DNA of 64,000 nt from an uncultured Elusimicrobia bacterium (GCA_964441955.1 CAYTWA010000004.1:82681-146680); one strand, 5' to 3'; positions 7,766-16,974 are shown, counted from the stretch's first letter. The notes: generated by a model from the letters alone, not told the origin. Numbers and translations: made by a program.

Positions 7766-10650
7766 GGGCCTATTGAACGGTAGGCACATTGCGCGGTGGC
7801 TTTGGTCGAAGGACATCTTTAAGGCCTGATCCATCTCGGGCAGAATAGGACTACGATGCTTGCCTTGCTCGATTTACGGCGTTCCCTCGCTGGCTTTCTA
7901 GCCGGCCTCTTATGTTTACCATTGTCCGTGAATGGGGCATCGTTTTTTGACCCTCTTTCTCACCCGCACATTCCTCCAATTTACAGTGAACAAGCTCTCG
8001 CCGCCGCCCTGGGTCAGTTTCTTCAGCCATTTTCAAAAAACGGAATTCGTCTCCGGCAGCAAGAAAGCGCGGCAGGAACCCATTTTGGAACACGCGCAAC
8101 GTACGCCAACGAAGCCGATTTATCGTTACCGGATGGTCAAAGAGTCACGTGGGACGAGACACATAAATTAATCACGGAGGGTCTTATCCATGACCCCTCA
8201 ACGCTCATTTTTGAATGGGCCGCTTCACAACTGGAGATCAAGCAGCCCTCGTCATTAACAGCGACGCAAACCAAGATACGGGACAAGCTCGAGCGCGCCT
8301 TAAAAGAACTCGACCTCGAACGCGATGTTCCGATTCGTATTGTCCTTTTGGACGGAAAGACTAAAACGCAACGCTTTCCAACCTTGGGCGATTCGGTGTG
8401 GGCGTTATCCAATACCGTGGACGACGCTCATTATTTGGAAGCCGGTGCTATCGGACATTCCTACCCGTCCGTTTACATGACCCGCGAGCTGCTCTGCGAC
8501 ATCGCGGACAAGACGCTCGCTGATCGGCTTCAAGAAGAAATCCGTCATGCGCTGGAGAAGGCGAATGGCGTCCGAAAGGCGGAACACTGGGAAGATGACC
8601 CGAATCGGTCAGAGCATCTCTTTACTTTAAGAGGAGACATCCAACAAGCTGAGCGGTACCGAAAGGGAATTTTGGAAGAGTTGGCTCGTCTATCCCAATC
8701 CCCTATCGTATTGTCCGACAGCGTGGAGCAGCAGATTCGCGATCTACCCTATCAAGACCTTCAGGCGATCTTCGCGCGACGCTTGAACCTACGGTTTGAG
8801 GACTATCGGCAACTCTTTTTATCGCTCTGGTCAACGAACCCGATCGCAGCGTTTGAATACCTTGGGGCCGGAGTTCTAACCGATCAAGATGTCGTTGGCT
8901 CGATTCGCGAGTTGCGAGACGTGCATGTTCCTTCCTGGATGAGAAACAACGTGCCTCCACCTATTCTCAAGGGGCGTTTCATGTTTCAATACCAACAGGC
9001 CAAATCACAGACAATCCGAATCGAGTGGGGTTATTTTCCCGATTTAAATCACTGGTTGCCTGTATCGGCTGCCACGGTCCAAAGCGATAAACTCATTACT
9101 ACGATAAATCAAATTCGCAGCGTTTTTGTCATGCGAGACGGTTCTCCGGTTTATCTAAAATATTTTCTAAGAGGCCTAACAAAAAAAGCTTGGTCCAAAT
9201 TGGCAGCCTCGGGGAACAATTACCGTATTTACGGTCAGGTATCGCCCTCGGGGACCGTTTCGCTCGTTACATCGCCGCGACCTGTGGCTGAGGGCAACAA
9301 GCAGGCAAGAGTGACTGGGGGATACATGTTCTCTCGCAACCCACTTGAACTCTATAGCGGTGAAATCGACCCTGAAGGGTTCGCCCACCGACTCGATTGG
9401 GAAGGTACGGGCGAAAGCGTGCCTTTTATGCATGCGATAAAGCGTGTCGTCAACCGGCCCGACCAAATCCTTGCGGCCGCGGTCACCCAGTGGGCCCAAC
9501 AGACGCTTGAGACTCTAACTGAAAAGCACGAGACCTTTTGGATAAGAACACGGCTACCATTAAAGGCCGTTTCGCAGCGTTCATCTATTTCCATGCAACT
9601 TGGGATCTTTAAGAGTTTTGGCATTGATTGGGGATTTCCGCTTGATATCAATGTCCATAATAAATGGGCAAATCATTCAATAGAAGTCAAAATTAAAAAT
9701 GGCTTTCCCGTTTGCATTCAGATTTTGCATTGCGATACGGGAAAAATGCTTGGTTTGTGGTTTTTTAAAATTTTAGAGGTCCGGGACCGCGAAGGAAAAG
9801 TGCTTGCCATGATAAGACCCTATAATTCCGATCTTCAGCCAGAAACGGAGGCTGTTAATATCGCCTCTAAATTGGCTCACGAACTTGGAGCTGAGGTCGT
9901 GGTAACCAATCTGGAACTTTATCGAGAACAAACACATTACAGGGCAGCGGCTTTGGGGCAGACGGCGAAGGTCGGGTTGGACCACGCCCAGTATCACAAG
10001 AAAGCCAAGGACGCAGAATTCGTTTTTGCTCCTATTCGTATAGCCAGACGTTTTGCGCTGAAGCCAATACGTCTGCGTGTCGGCCAATACAACCACCATG
10101 ACCCCCTCTCCAATAACAAAAGGGAACTGCTTGGCGTGACGGAATATCCGTTGGATTTTTCAGAACTTCCCCTTCCGTCCGATCTCATAACAAAAACTGT
10201 AAGATTTCCTGGCGCTCTATTAGATCGGTTTAGGGAAATAATGCCGGTGGGAAAAAGGATGTCGATTGTGATTAACACATTGCTTGCCCAATGGCTTGCA
10301 ACGTCACCTGGCGTGGCAATCAATAAATATGGGTCAACGCCATCGAATCAAAGGTCGACTAGTTTTAAAATTTCCCTCGCACTGCTTCGGGGGGTCGAAA
10401 ACCAAATTCAGGGCTTACCTTATTCCGTTGAAGTTATTATTCGCACGCTGGTGCAAAATTACGTTGACCAACATGGGCAATCCAATCGCGATTGCCTTAC
10501 AGCCTCCTAATCCGAACCTCGCAAGCGGCCTACGAAAATGGGGACGGTCCAAAAAAACGCTGACGTTACTTGTTTAGGACTGAGCGTCCCCATTTACTCT
10601 TGATTTATGACCCTATCGGTTCCATAATGAGGCGCAAAATGGAAACGATA
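7750..10650 (+). repeat. Segmental duplication copy 2
   Basis: See copy 1. Sequence identity is mosaic: perfect blocks alternate with diverged blocks. Confidence 0.85.
7856..10510 (+). CDS. Large paralogous protein B (884 aa), intact N-terminal signal peptide
   Basis: ATG start. Signal peptide MLALLDLRRSLAGFLAGLLCLPLSVNGA. Paralog of 3741..6329. C-terminal tandem RHH-like motifs (VRFPGALLDRFREIMPVGKRMSIVINTLLAQWL; FKISLALLRGVENQIQGLPYSVEVIIRTLVQNYV). Confidence 0.7.
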   Translation: MLALLDLRRSLAGFLAGLLCLPLSVNGASFFDPLSHPHIPPIYSEQALAAALGQFLQPFSKNGIRLRQQESAAGTHFGTRATYANEADLSLPDGQRVTWDETHKLITEGLIHDPSTLIFEWAASQLEIKQPSSLTATQTKIRDKLERALKELDLERDVPIRIVLLDGKTKTQRFPTLGDSVWALSNTVDDAHYLEAGAIGHSYPSVYMTRELLCDIADKTLADRLQEEIRHALEKANGVRKAEHWEDDPNRSEHLFTLRGDIQQAERYRKGILEELARLSQSPIVLSDSVEQQIRDLPYQDLQAIFARRLNLRFEDYRQLFLSLWSTNPIAAFEYLGAGVLTDQDVVGSIRELRDVHVPSWMRNNVPPPILKGRFMFQYQQAKSQTIRIEWGYFPDLNHWLPVSAATVQSDKLITTINQIRSVFVMRDGSPVYLKYFLRGLTKKAWSKLAASGNNYRIYGQVSPSGTVSLVTSPRPVAEGNKQARVTGGYMFSRNPLELYSGEIDPEGFAHRLDWEGTGESVPFMHAIKRVVNRPDQILAAAVTQWAQQTLETLTEKHETFWIRTRLPLKAVSQRSSISMQLGIFKSFGIDWGFPLDINVHNKWANHSIEVKIKNGFPVCIQILHCDTGKMLGLWFFKILEVRDREGKVLAMIRPYNSDLQPETEAVNIASKLAHELGAEVVVTNLELYREQTHYRAAALGQTAKVGLDHAQYHKKAKDAEFVFAPIRIARRFALKPIRLRVGQYNHHDPLSNNKRELLGVTEYPLDFSELPLPSDLITKTVRFPGALLDRFREIMPVGKRMSIVINTLLAQWLATSPGVAINKYGSTPSNQRSTSFKISLALLRGVENQIQGLPYSVEVIIRTLVQNYVDQHGQSNRDCLTAS

Positions 10651-10702
10651 AGGCGATTTTTAAAAACCCCTCTTCGATCCGCCCATGACTGGCTTTTGCA
10701 CC

Positions 10703-11416
10703 TTAAACCGAACCAACCCCTTTAACGCCGTAGGTAGCAGCGGGGTCGCTGGGGGAGGATCCACTGCGAACGAGCTCCCCTTCTTCTAACAATTCAGCCA
10801 GCAAGCGCGTCACGCTGCGGCGGGGAAGCGTTAAGGCTTCTCGAATCGTTTTGGGGGTTGAAGGGCCGTTTTGGCGCAGATAGGCGAGCACGTTTTCTCG
10901 TTCATCTCCGGAGGCGTTCCCGCGCGCTTTTCCACCCACGCGCTTGCGGTATTGGCGCAGGGCATAGGTGCCTAAAAAGAGGGCAATCACCTGCATGGTA
11001 ATCCGGGGAAGTTCGGGCGGCATGGGAATGGTGGGATCAGCAATTCGCCAGGTGACGGCCACCGCCCATAGAAGAAACCACGAGGTGATAAACGGCCCGC
11101 CTTTGCGCAGGCGCTCCGGCCAACCCTCGGGGTCCGGGTCCGCCGGGGCAATCGTTAACCGCTTGATCTCGGGGGCCCCCGCGTAGGCGCCCAGCACAAA
11201 GAGGTACATCTCCGCTAAAGGGTCCTGCGCTTTAAAGTTGCCGCGTGTAAGGATAAAGAGCAGGTTGTAAGCCAGCAAGTAAGCCGTCATTCCAAAGGCA
11301 AAAGGGCGCATGAAGAGGCTGCCGTCCTTCGGGGAGGGGACGCTAGGTTCGTGGGCTTCTGCGGGGTGCGCCATGCGGTGGACTATAGTATTTTTTGGCT
11401 CAGTTAACTGGCTCAC
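10703..11416 (-). CDS. Membrane-tethered winged-helix (MarR/PadR-like) regulator, paralog 1
   Basis: 3-4 predicted TM helices followed by a C-terminal wHTH (LAYLRQNGPSTPKTIREALTLPRRSVTRLLAELLEEGELVR). Conserved N-terminal FMRPF and C-terminal DPAATYGVKG shared with 36745..37425. True start may be an internal Met (11374 or 11311). Confidence 0.6.
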   Translation of the reverse strand: MSQLTEPKNTIVHRMAHPAEAHEPSVPSPKDGSLFMRPFAFGMTAYLLAYNLLFILTRGNFKAQDPLAEMYLFVLGAYAGAPEIKRLTIAPADPDPEGWPERLRKGGPFITSWFLLWAVAVTWRIADPTIPMPPELPRITMQVIALFLGTYALRQYRKRVGGKARGNASGDERENVLAYLRQNGPSTPKTIREALTLPRRSVTRLLAELLEEGELVRSGSSPSDPAATYGVKGVGSV

Positions 11417-11480
11417 TTAAATATCGACGAATGATAGAAACAGTGAGCCACTATGGCCCAGCATACTATAAATAGAATTA

Positions 11481-11498
11481 TATACCCATTCGGGTATA
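11481..11498. promoter_or_regulatory. Perfect palindrome TATACCCATTCGGGTATA (putative HipB operator 1)
   Basis: Read directly from the sequence. Lies in the AT-rich region upstream of hipB. Confidence 0.5.
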
Positions 11499-11550
11499 AA
11501 TCGATTAAAATAAATAATTTAGTCGCTTAAATTAAATATTATCAATTGAA

Positions 11551-11568
11551 TATACCCAATCGGGTATA
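11551..11568. promoter_or_regulatory. Perfect palindrome TATACCCAATCGGGTATA (putative HipB operator 2, overlapping a -10-like TATATAAT 13 nt before the hipB ATG)
   Basis: Second copy 70 bp downstream of the first. This arrangement is typical of autoregulated TA promoters. Confidence 0.5.
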
Positions 11569-11580
11569 TAATGATGCCGC

Positions 11581-11790
11581 ATGAATCCCATTGCTAAATT
11601 TATCAAGGTCCAAAGAAATCTATCTCGGTTGACACAAGTCCAACTCGCCACAAAAGCGGGTGTTGGTTTGCGTTTTATCCGCGATCTAGAACAGGGCAAA
11701 GAATCACTCCGGTCAGATATCTTAAACAAACTCCTTCGCTTTTTTGGGAAACAGCTAGGGCCCGTTGATTTGCCGAGAGATGAAGAATGA
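11581..11790 (+). CDS. hipB: HipB-like XRE-family HTH antitoxin (69 aa)
   Basis: HTH QVQLATKAGVGLRFIRDLEQGK. Stop overlaps the next start (ATGA). Confidence 0.75.
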   Translation: MNPIAKFIKVQRNLSRLTQVQLATKAGVGLRFIRDLEQGKESLRSDILNKLLRFFGKQLGPVDLPRDEE

Positions 11791-12116
11791 AAGCCGGCGT
11801 GTTTTATGGCGATATTTCTGCTGGAATTCTAACGAAGCATGACGGCTCCTATACCTTCTGTTATGAAAAGGCGTATTTAGACCGTCCGGACGCCCAACCC
11901 ATCAGTTTTTCACTTCCGCTTCAAATAGAGCCCTTTGAATGGAAAGAGTTTCCACCTTTCTTCGATGGTTTACTGCCTGAGGGATGGTTGTTGGAGTTGA
12001 GTGCTTCGAAATTCAAAATCGACCCCAAAGATAAGTTTTCAATGTTGTTGGCGATGGGTCATGATGGGATTGGTGCCGTAAGCGTTCAGGCATTGGAGGG
12101 CCCGGGTGCCGGCTAA
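11787..12116 (+). CDS. hipS: HipS-like protein (HipA N-terminal subdomain as a separate 109-aa polypeptide)
   Basis: HipA_N motifs FFDGLLPEGW and GHDGIGAVSV. Overlaps the downstream kinase gene. Confidence 0.7.
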   Translation: MKAGVFYGDISAGILTKHDGSYTFCYEKAYLDRPDAQPISFSLPLQIEPFEWKEFPPFFDGLLPEGWLLELSASKFKIDPKDKFSMLLAMGHDGIGAVSVQALEGPGAG

Positions 12117-13035
12117 CTGTCTGAGCTGTCATCGTCCGATACAGGGAGAAGCCTACCATTCCGCTTGTTTAATGAACCTTTTCGGAGTCGCCCGAGCGCC
12201 GAAGGTGTCCTTTGCGATTCCCGACATCCCCATCAAACTACGAGAGCCCACAGAAAAGATTTCACCCATTTCGGGAGTGCAGATCAAAACCTTTGTGCGA
12301 CTATACCCGCAGACACTTTCGTTGGATATCGCGCCTTCAGGGGGGACACACATTTTAAAACCCGATCCGCCTCAATACCCCGAACTATCGACCCTTGAAA
12401 ATGTATGCATGGCGATGGCAGCTGAATTGGAAATGGACGTTCCGCCGCACGGGTTATTCCCCATGCCAAACGGGATGCTTTGTTACGTGGTACGTCGATT
12501 TGACCGAGAGGCCGATGGCCGAAAAATTTCAAAAGAAGACTTGGCCCAAATCATCGGGGTTCCCTCAGACTCCAAATACCGAAGCTCGCTCGAATCGATC
12601 GGAAAGGCCATCCGGAAACTGGCCACGACGCCAGGGCTTGAGGCGTTGCGTTTTTGGGAACGGGTTTTGTTTTGCTACATGATCGGCAATGGGGACATGC
12701 ATCTTAAAAATTGGTCGTTGTTGAAAACATCGGACGGGCGCGTCCAATTATCACCCTGCTACGACTTCGTTTCTTCGGAAGTTTACTTTCGTGATGAGGA
12801 ATCCGCTCTCACCTTAAACGGCAAGAAGGCTCGCTTAAAACGGCTGGATTTCGATATCCTGGCCGCCTATCTCAAGATTGACCCCAAGGCGGCCTCCAAG
12901 GTGATTCAGATGTTTGAAGCGAAACATCCTGCCCTCATCGAAATGGTTATGGGTTCGCCTTTAACGTTGGACAAGAAAGAGAAGTTACTCGAAACGATGC
13001 AAGCTCGCCTGGCTGTTTTGTCCAAATCATCGTGA
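12106..13035 (+). CDS. hipT: HipT-like Ser/Thr kinase toxin (HipA C-terminal kinase core, 309 aa)
   Basis: Gly-rich loop SPISGVQIK at residues ~53-61. Catalytic motif GNGDMHLKNWS and DFVSS. GTG start. Stop overlaps the mfd start. Confidence 0.75.
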   Translation: MPANCLSCHRPIQGEAYHSACLMNLFGVARAPKVSFAIPDIPIKLREPTEKISPISGVQIKTFVRLYPQTLSLDIAPSGGTHILKPDPPQYPELSTLENVCMAMAAELEMDVPPHGLFPMPNGMLCYVVRRFDREADGRKISKEDLAQIIGVPSDSKYRSSLESIGKAIRKLATTPGLEALRFWERVLFCYMIGNGDMHLKNWSLLKTSDGRVQLSPCYDFVSSEVYFRDEESALTLNGKKARLKRLDFDILAAYLKIDPKAASKVIQMFEAKHPALIEMVMGSPLTLDKKEKLLETMQARLAVLSKSS

Positions 13036-16000
13036 AGCTTGCGGACCTTCCGGGAGGCAGCAAAGGGTATTTTTTGGCCAATTTGGCTTTGCGCGAAACG
13101 CGGCCGCTCGTAGTAATGGCAGGTGAGGACTTGGAAGCTGAGGGCCTATCCGCGGATGTGGAAGCATGGCTTGGTCTAAAGCCCTCTGCTCAAAACCCTC
13201 AACTCATCGTGTATCCGGAGTTCGATGCGCCGGGCCGCCTGGCGGCGCTTGGGCAAATGAAACAGGCCCGGCGGTTCATCGTTTTTGCCTCCAAAGCGGC
13301 CTCGCAATTGCCCACGACATCGCCCGCCCAATTACAAACACAGACCTTAGAACTTCGTCCGGGGCAGCTTTATCCGCGCACCGCCCTATTGGAAACGCTC
13401 GCGCAGGGCGGCTTTGACCGCACCGACATCGTCCAGATGGAAGGGGAAGTGGCCATCCGCGGGGAGGTCATCGACATTTGGCCGGCGGATGCGCAGAAAC
13501 CCTGGCGGCTCGTCTTCGACGGCGATACGCTGGAAACCCTGCGCGATTTTGAGTCCGGCACGCAGCGCTCCGGCGCCTACTTGGAACCGCAGAAGCTTTT
13601 ACCGATGAAAGAAACGAAATCCGACGCGACCCTAAAAGATCACGTTCCAACGGATGCAGTGTGGTTTGAAGATGATCCGCTCGCCGCCGAGACACTGAAT
13701 CCCGGCTTACGACCTGCCGGGGTGACGATAGAGAGTACCGTCGGTTTAACCGGCAGCCTTTCGCGCGCCGCCGAAGCGGCCGGGCGCGCCAAAGCCGAAG
13801 GGAAGAAAGTGATTTTCTTTAGCCACAACGCCGGCGAAAGCGAACGCCTGCAGGAACTATTGGATGAACACATGGGCTCCCGCGGCACAGAAGGGATGAA
13901 TTTTGTGGTGGGGCCGCTGCGTTCGGGGTTCCTGACGTCGTCGCCCCTGCCCACCGGTCAGGCAGGCCCGAATGTCTCTGTCGGGGGCCCATCGATGGAT
14001 CCCCGCCTACGACCTGCGGGGAAAACGGAACAAGGAATGCTCGTCCTCACCAACGCCGAGATCTTTAACCGCGCCCGGCATCGTCCGCGGCTGCCTAAGT
14101 TTAAAGGCGGCGGAGCCATCCAAGAAGTGCATGACGTCAAGCCCGGCGACTACGTGGTGCATGAGCATTACGGCGTTGGGCGCTATAAGGGCCTAGACTT
14201 GCTTCGCGCCGCGGGCCAGGAAGCGGAATATTTAAAACTCGAGTACGCCAAGGGCGATAAGCTCTATGTCCCCTTGTTTGATTTTAAACAGGTCCAGCGT
14301 TATTCGGGGTCGGAAGGGGCGCACCCGCGCTTGTCCTCCCTAGACACCTCCGCCTGGGAGCGCGTGAAAGCGCGCGTCAAAGAAAGCGTTCAAGAGCTGG
14401 CGAAGGATTTACTAAAAGTGCATGCCGCGCGCGCGGCACTCCCCGGACACGCGTTTTCCGCCGACTCCCATTTGGAACAAGAATTTGCGGCTTCATTCCT
14501 CTATGAAGAAACGAGCGACCAGCTTCGCACGATCGAAGAAATTAAACGCGACATGATGTCCACCAAACCGATGGACCGCCTGCTGCTGGGAGACGTTGGA
14601 TACGGCAAAACCGAAGTGGCCATGCGCGCCGCCATGAAAGCGATTGCGGATTCCAAGCAAGTTGCGGTGCTTGTTCCCACCACGATCCTAGCGGAACAGC
14701 ACTTCCGCACGTTCTGTGAACGTTTCGCGGACTACCCCGCCAAAATCGGCATGCTCTCGCGTTTCCAGACCGCCAAAGAAGAAAAAGAGGTGCTCGTGGG
14801 TGCGGCGAGTGGAACACTCGACATGGTGATCGGTACGCACCGGCTGCTGCAAAAAGACGTCCACTTCCACAATTTAGGGCTTTTGGTCATCGATGAAGAA
14901 CACCGTTTCGGCGTCAAAAACAAAGAGCAAATAAAAAAAATGCGCCAACACACAGATGTGCTCACGATGACGGCCACGCCGATCCCTCGAACCCTTTCGT
15001 TTGCATTAGCCGGGATGCGAGACCTTTCCGTCATCGAAACCCCGCCCACGGGCCGATTGCCCATCACCACCCATGTGGGCCCTTACGATGACGCCGTGAT
15101 CAAAGAGGCGATCCAAAAAGAACTGGCCCGCCACGGGCAAGTGTTTTACGTGCATAACCGCGTGCAGTCGCTGCCCACCCGGCTTAAATTTCTTCAGATG
15201 CTCATGCCCGGTATTTCCGTGGGCGTCGTGCATGGCCAAATGTCCGGCCCGGCAATTGAAAAAGTGATGTGGGAATTCGTCCACCAAAAACACCAAATTC
15301 TTTTGGCCACCACCATCATTGAATCGGGCATCGACATTCCAACGGCCAATACGCTCATCGTTGATGAGGCCGAAGAGTTTGGTTTAGCGCAGCTCTATCA
15401 ACTGCGCGGCCGGGTGGGGCGTGAGCGAACCAAGGCCTATTGCTACCTCTTTTTTTCACCCGGGGTGCCGCTGTCGGGGGACGCGCGCGCGCGCCTTGAA
15501 GCGCTTCGGGAATTTACGGCCTTAGGGTCCGGTCAGCGCTTGGCCATGCGGGATATGGAAATTCGAGGAGCGGGAAATCTTTTAGGCCAACAGCAGCACG
15601 GCCATATCGCGGCGGTGGGGTTGGACCTCTACTCCCAAATGCTGCAGGATGAAATCAGCGCCTTACGAGGTGAACCCCCTGCCACGAGCGTCCGTTTCCC
15701 CAGCATGGATTTGTCGCTTCATGCCTATCTTCCGGCGGACTACCTGCCGAGCGAAGAGCTGCGAATTCTTTTCTACAAAAAACTGGTCTCTGCGGAAACT
15801 CAGCAGGCCTTGGAGACCGTCCAAAACGAGCTGAGCGACCGCTTCGGAGCGCTGCCTCCCGAAGCCCAAACCTTGATGCGCGTCTCCCGCTTACGCATCA
15901 TCGCCCGTGATTTAGGGATCGACGGTCTCGTCCAAAAACCATCTTCCTTAGAAATCCGCTTCCTGCAAAACACACCCATCCAGCCCGCCACCATCTTGGA

Positions 16001-16133
16001 GCTCGCCCACACCCGCACCGGGGTTCGCTTCAAACCAGGCCCACCCTTTACGCTAATCATCGAAAAACTCGCCTACGAATCCACCGGAACGCTGCATTAC
16101 CTCGAGTCCCTCTTCACCACCTTAACCGCCTGA
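13032..16133 (+). CDS. mfd: Transcription-repair coupling factor Mfd
   Basis: Superfamily-2 helicase motifs (GDVGYGKTEVA, DEEHRFGV, TATPIPRT, QLRGRVGR). 1033 aa. Confidence 0.95.
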   Translation: MKLADLPGGSKGYFLANLALRETRPLVVMAGEDLEAEGLSADVEAWLGLKPSAQNPQLIVYPEFDAPGRLAALGQMKQARRFIVFASKAASQLPTTSPAQLQTQTLELRPGQLYPRTALLETLAQGGFDRTDIVQMEGEVAIRGEVIDIWPADAQKPWRLVFDGDTLETLRDFESGTQRSGAYLEPQKLLPMKETKSDATLKDHVPTDAVWFEDDPLAAETLNPGLRPAGVTIESTVGLTGSLSRAAEAAGRAKAEGKKVIFFSHNAGESERLQELLDEHMGSRGTEGMNFVVGPLRSGFLTSSPLPTGQAGPNVSVGGPSMDPRLRPAGKTEQGMLVLTNAEIFNRARHRPRLPKFKGGGAIQEVHDVKPGDYVVHEHYGVGRYKGLDLLRAAGQEAEYLKLEYAKGDKLYVPLFDFKQVQRYSGSEGAHPRLSSLDTSAWERVKARVKESVQELAKDLLKVHAARAALPGHAFSADSHLEQEFAASFLYEETSDQLRTIEEIKRDMMSTKPMDRLLLGDVGYGKTEVAMRAAMKAIADSKQVAVLVPTTILAEQHFRTFCERFADYPAKIGMLSRFQTAKEEKEVLVGAASGTLDMVIGTHRLLQKDVHFHNLGLLVIDEEHRFGVKNKEQIKKMRQHTDVLTMTATPIPRTLSFALAGMRDLSVIETPPTGRLPITTHVGPYDDAVIKEAIQKELARHGQVFYVHNRVQSLPTRLKFLQMLMPGISVGVVHGQMSGPAIEKVMWEFVHQKHQILLATTIIESGIDIPTANTLIVDEAEEFGLAQLYQLRGRVGRERTKAYCYLFFSPGVPLSGDARARLEALREFTALGSGQRLAMRDMEIRGAGNLLGQQQHGHIAAVGLDLYSQMLQDEISALRGEPPATSVRFPSMDLSLHAYLPADYLPSEELRILFYKKLVSAETQQALETVQNELSDRFGALPPEAQTLMRVSRLRIIARDLGIDGLVQKPSSLEIRFLQNTPIQPATILELAHTRTGVRFKPGPPFTLIIEKLAYESTGTLHYLESLFTTLTA

Positions 16134-16219
16134 CCCTGGCGCTTAGTCTTCTGGCCGCGGGGCCCAAGGATGAAACTCACCCGGCCTATATCAATTGGGA
16201 CCGCCGGGAGCAAAGAACC

Positions 16220-16765
16220 TTGCTTTTGAGGCACCAGGTCCCAGACGACAAACCCCTCGTCATCTTGGATGAAATTCATAAATACGCCAAGTGGCGCGGG
16301 TTGATTAAAGGACTGCACGATACTCGAAAATCCAAGCAGCGTTTTCTGGTCTCGGGTTCAGCGCGCCTGGACTACTACCGTAAGGGAGGAGATTCGCTTC
16401 AGGGTCGCTACCATTATTACCGGCTACATCCGTTTAGTCTTCGGGAGTTAGACCCTTGCGCATCTTCGTCATCGCTTGCATCGCTTCTGCGGTTCGGTGG
16501 ATTTCCCGTACCAGTCTTGGCGGGAAGCGACCGAGACCACCGCCGCTGGCAAAAAGAACATACGGAACGAATCCTGAACGAAGACCTAAGAGATCTCGAG
16601 CGAGTGCGCGAAATTTCCCTTATCGAACTTTCGATACCTTGGTGCCAGGCACCCGATTCCCCATTCCAATTCGCTCCGCCGAATGGTTTGTTTCATGCGT
16701 GTCTAAAAAATTTGACACCATTTTCAACGAGTTCTGCGGCCAATGGATTCCGTGACCATAAATAA
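16220..16765 (+). pseudogene. 5'-truncated, C-terminally aberrant fragment of an AAA_14/DUF4143 ATPase (paralog of 6475..7659)
   Basis: Begins at the Walker-B region LVILDEIHKY with no Walker A. Only 87 nt separate it from the mfd stop. The C-terminal half diverges from the intact copy. Confidence 0.5.
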
Positions 16766-16841
16766 AAAAGATGTCAAAAACTTCAAGGACGCTAAAAGTG
16801 CGATACCCGGCGTATCAAAAAAGAAGGTGTGAAACGGTGCC

Positions 16842-16856
16842 TGGCACCAGGGTTGC
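16842..16856 (+). promoter_or_regulatory. Candidate sigma-54 promoter TGGCAC-N5-TTGC
   Basis: Exact -24 GG / -12 GC spacing (ctGGCACcagggTTGCc), ~120 nt upstream of the PPIase/surA operon. Confidence 0.3.
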
Positions 16857-16974
16857 CGCTTGTCACGTTTGACAAAGACCTCCTTAAAAACTTCCCCGAC
16901 CTCGCAGTTTCGATGAAGACATACCTCGAAAGCACCTGACGACCCCTACTCATCGATTTGATATAGTCGGCGCC

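Noticed and set aside
3560-10660. IS element or transposon as the cause of the duplication
   Set aside because: No transposase, integrase or terminal inverted repeats were found. The only intervening gene is an AAA ATPase.
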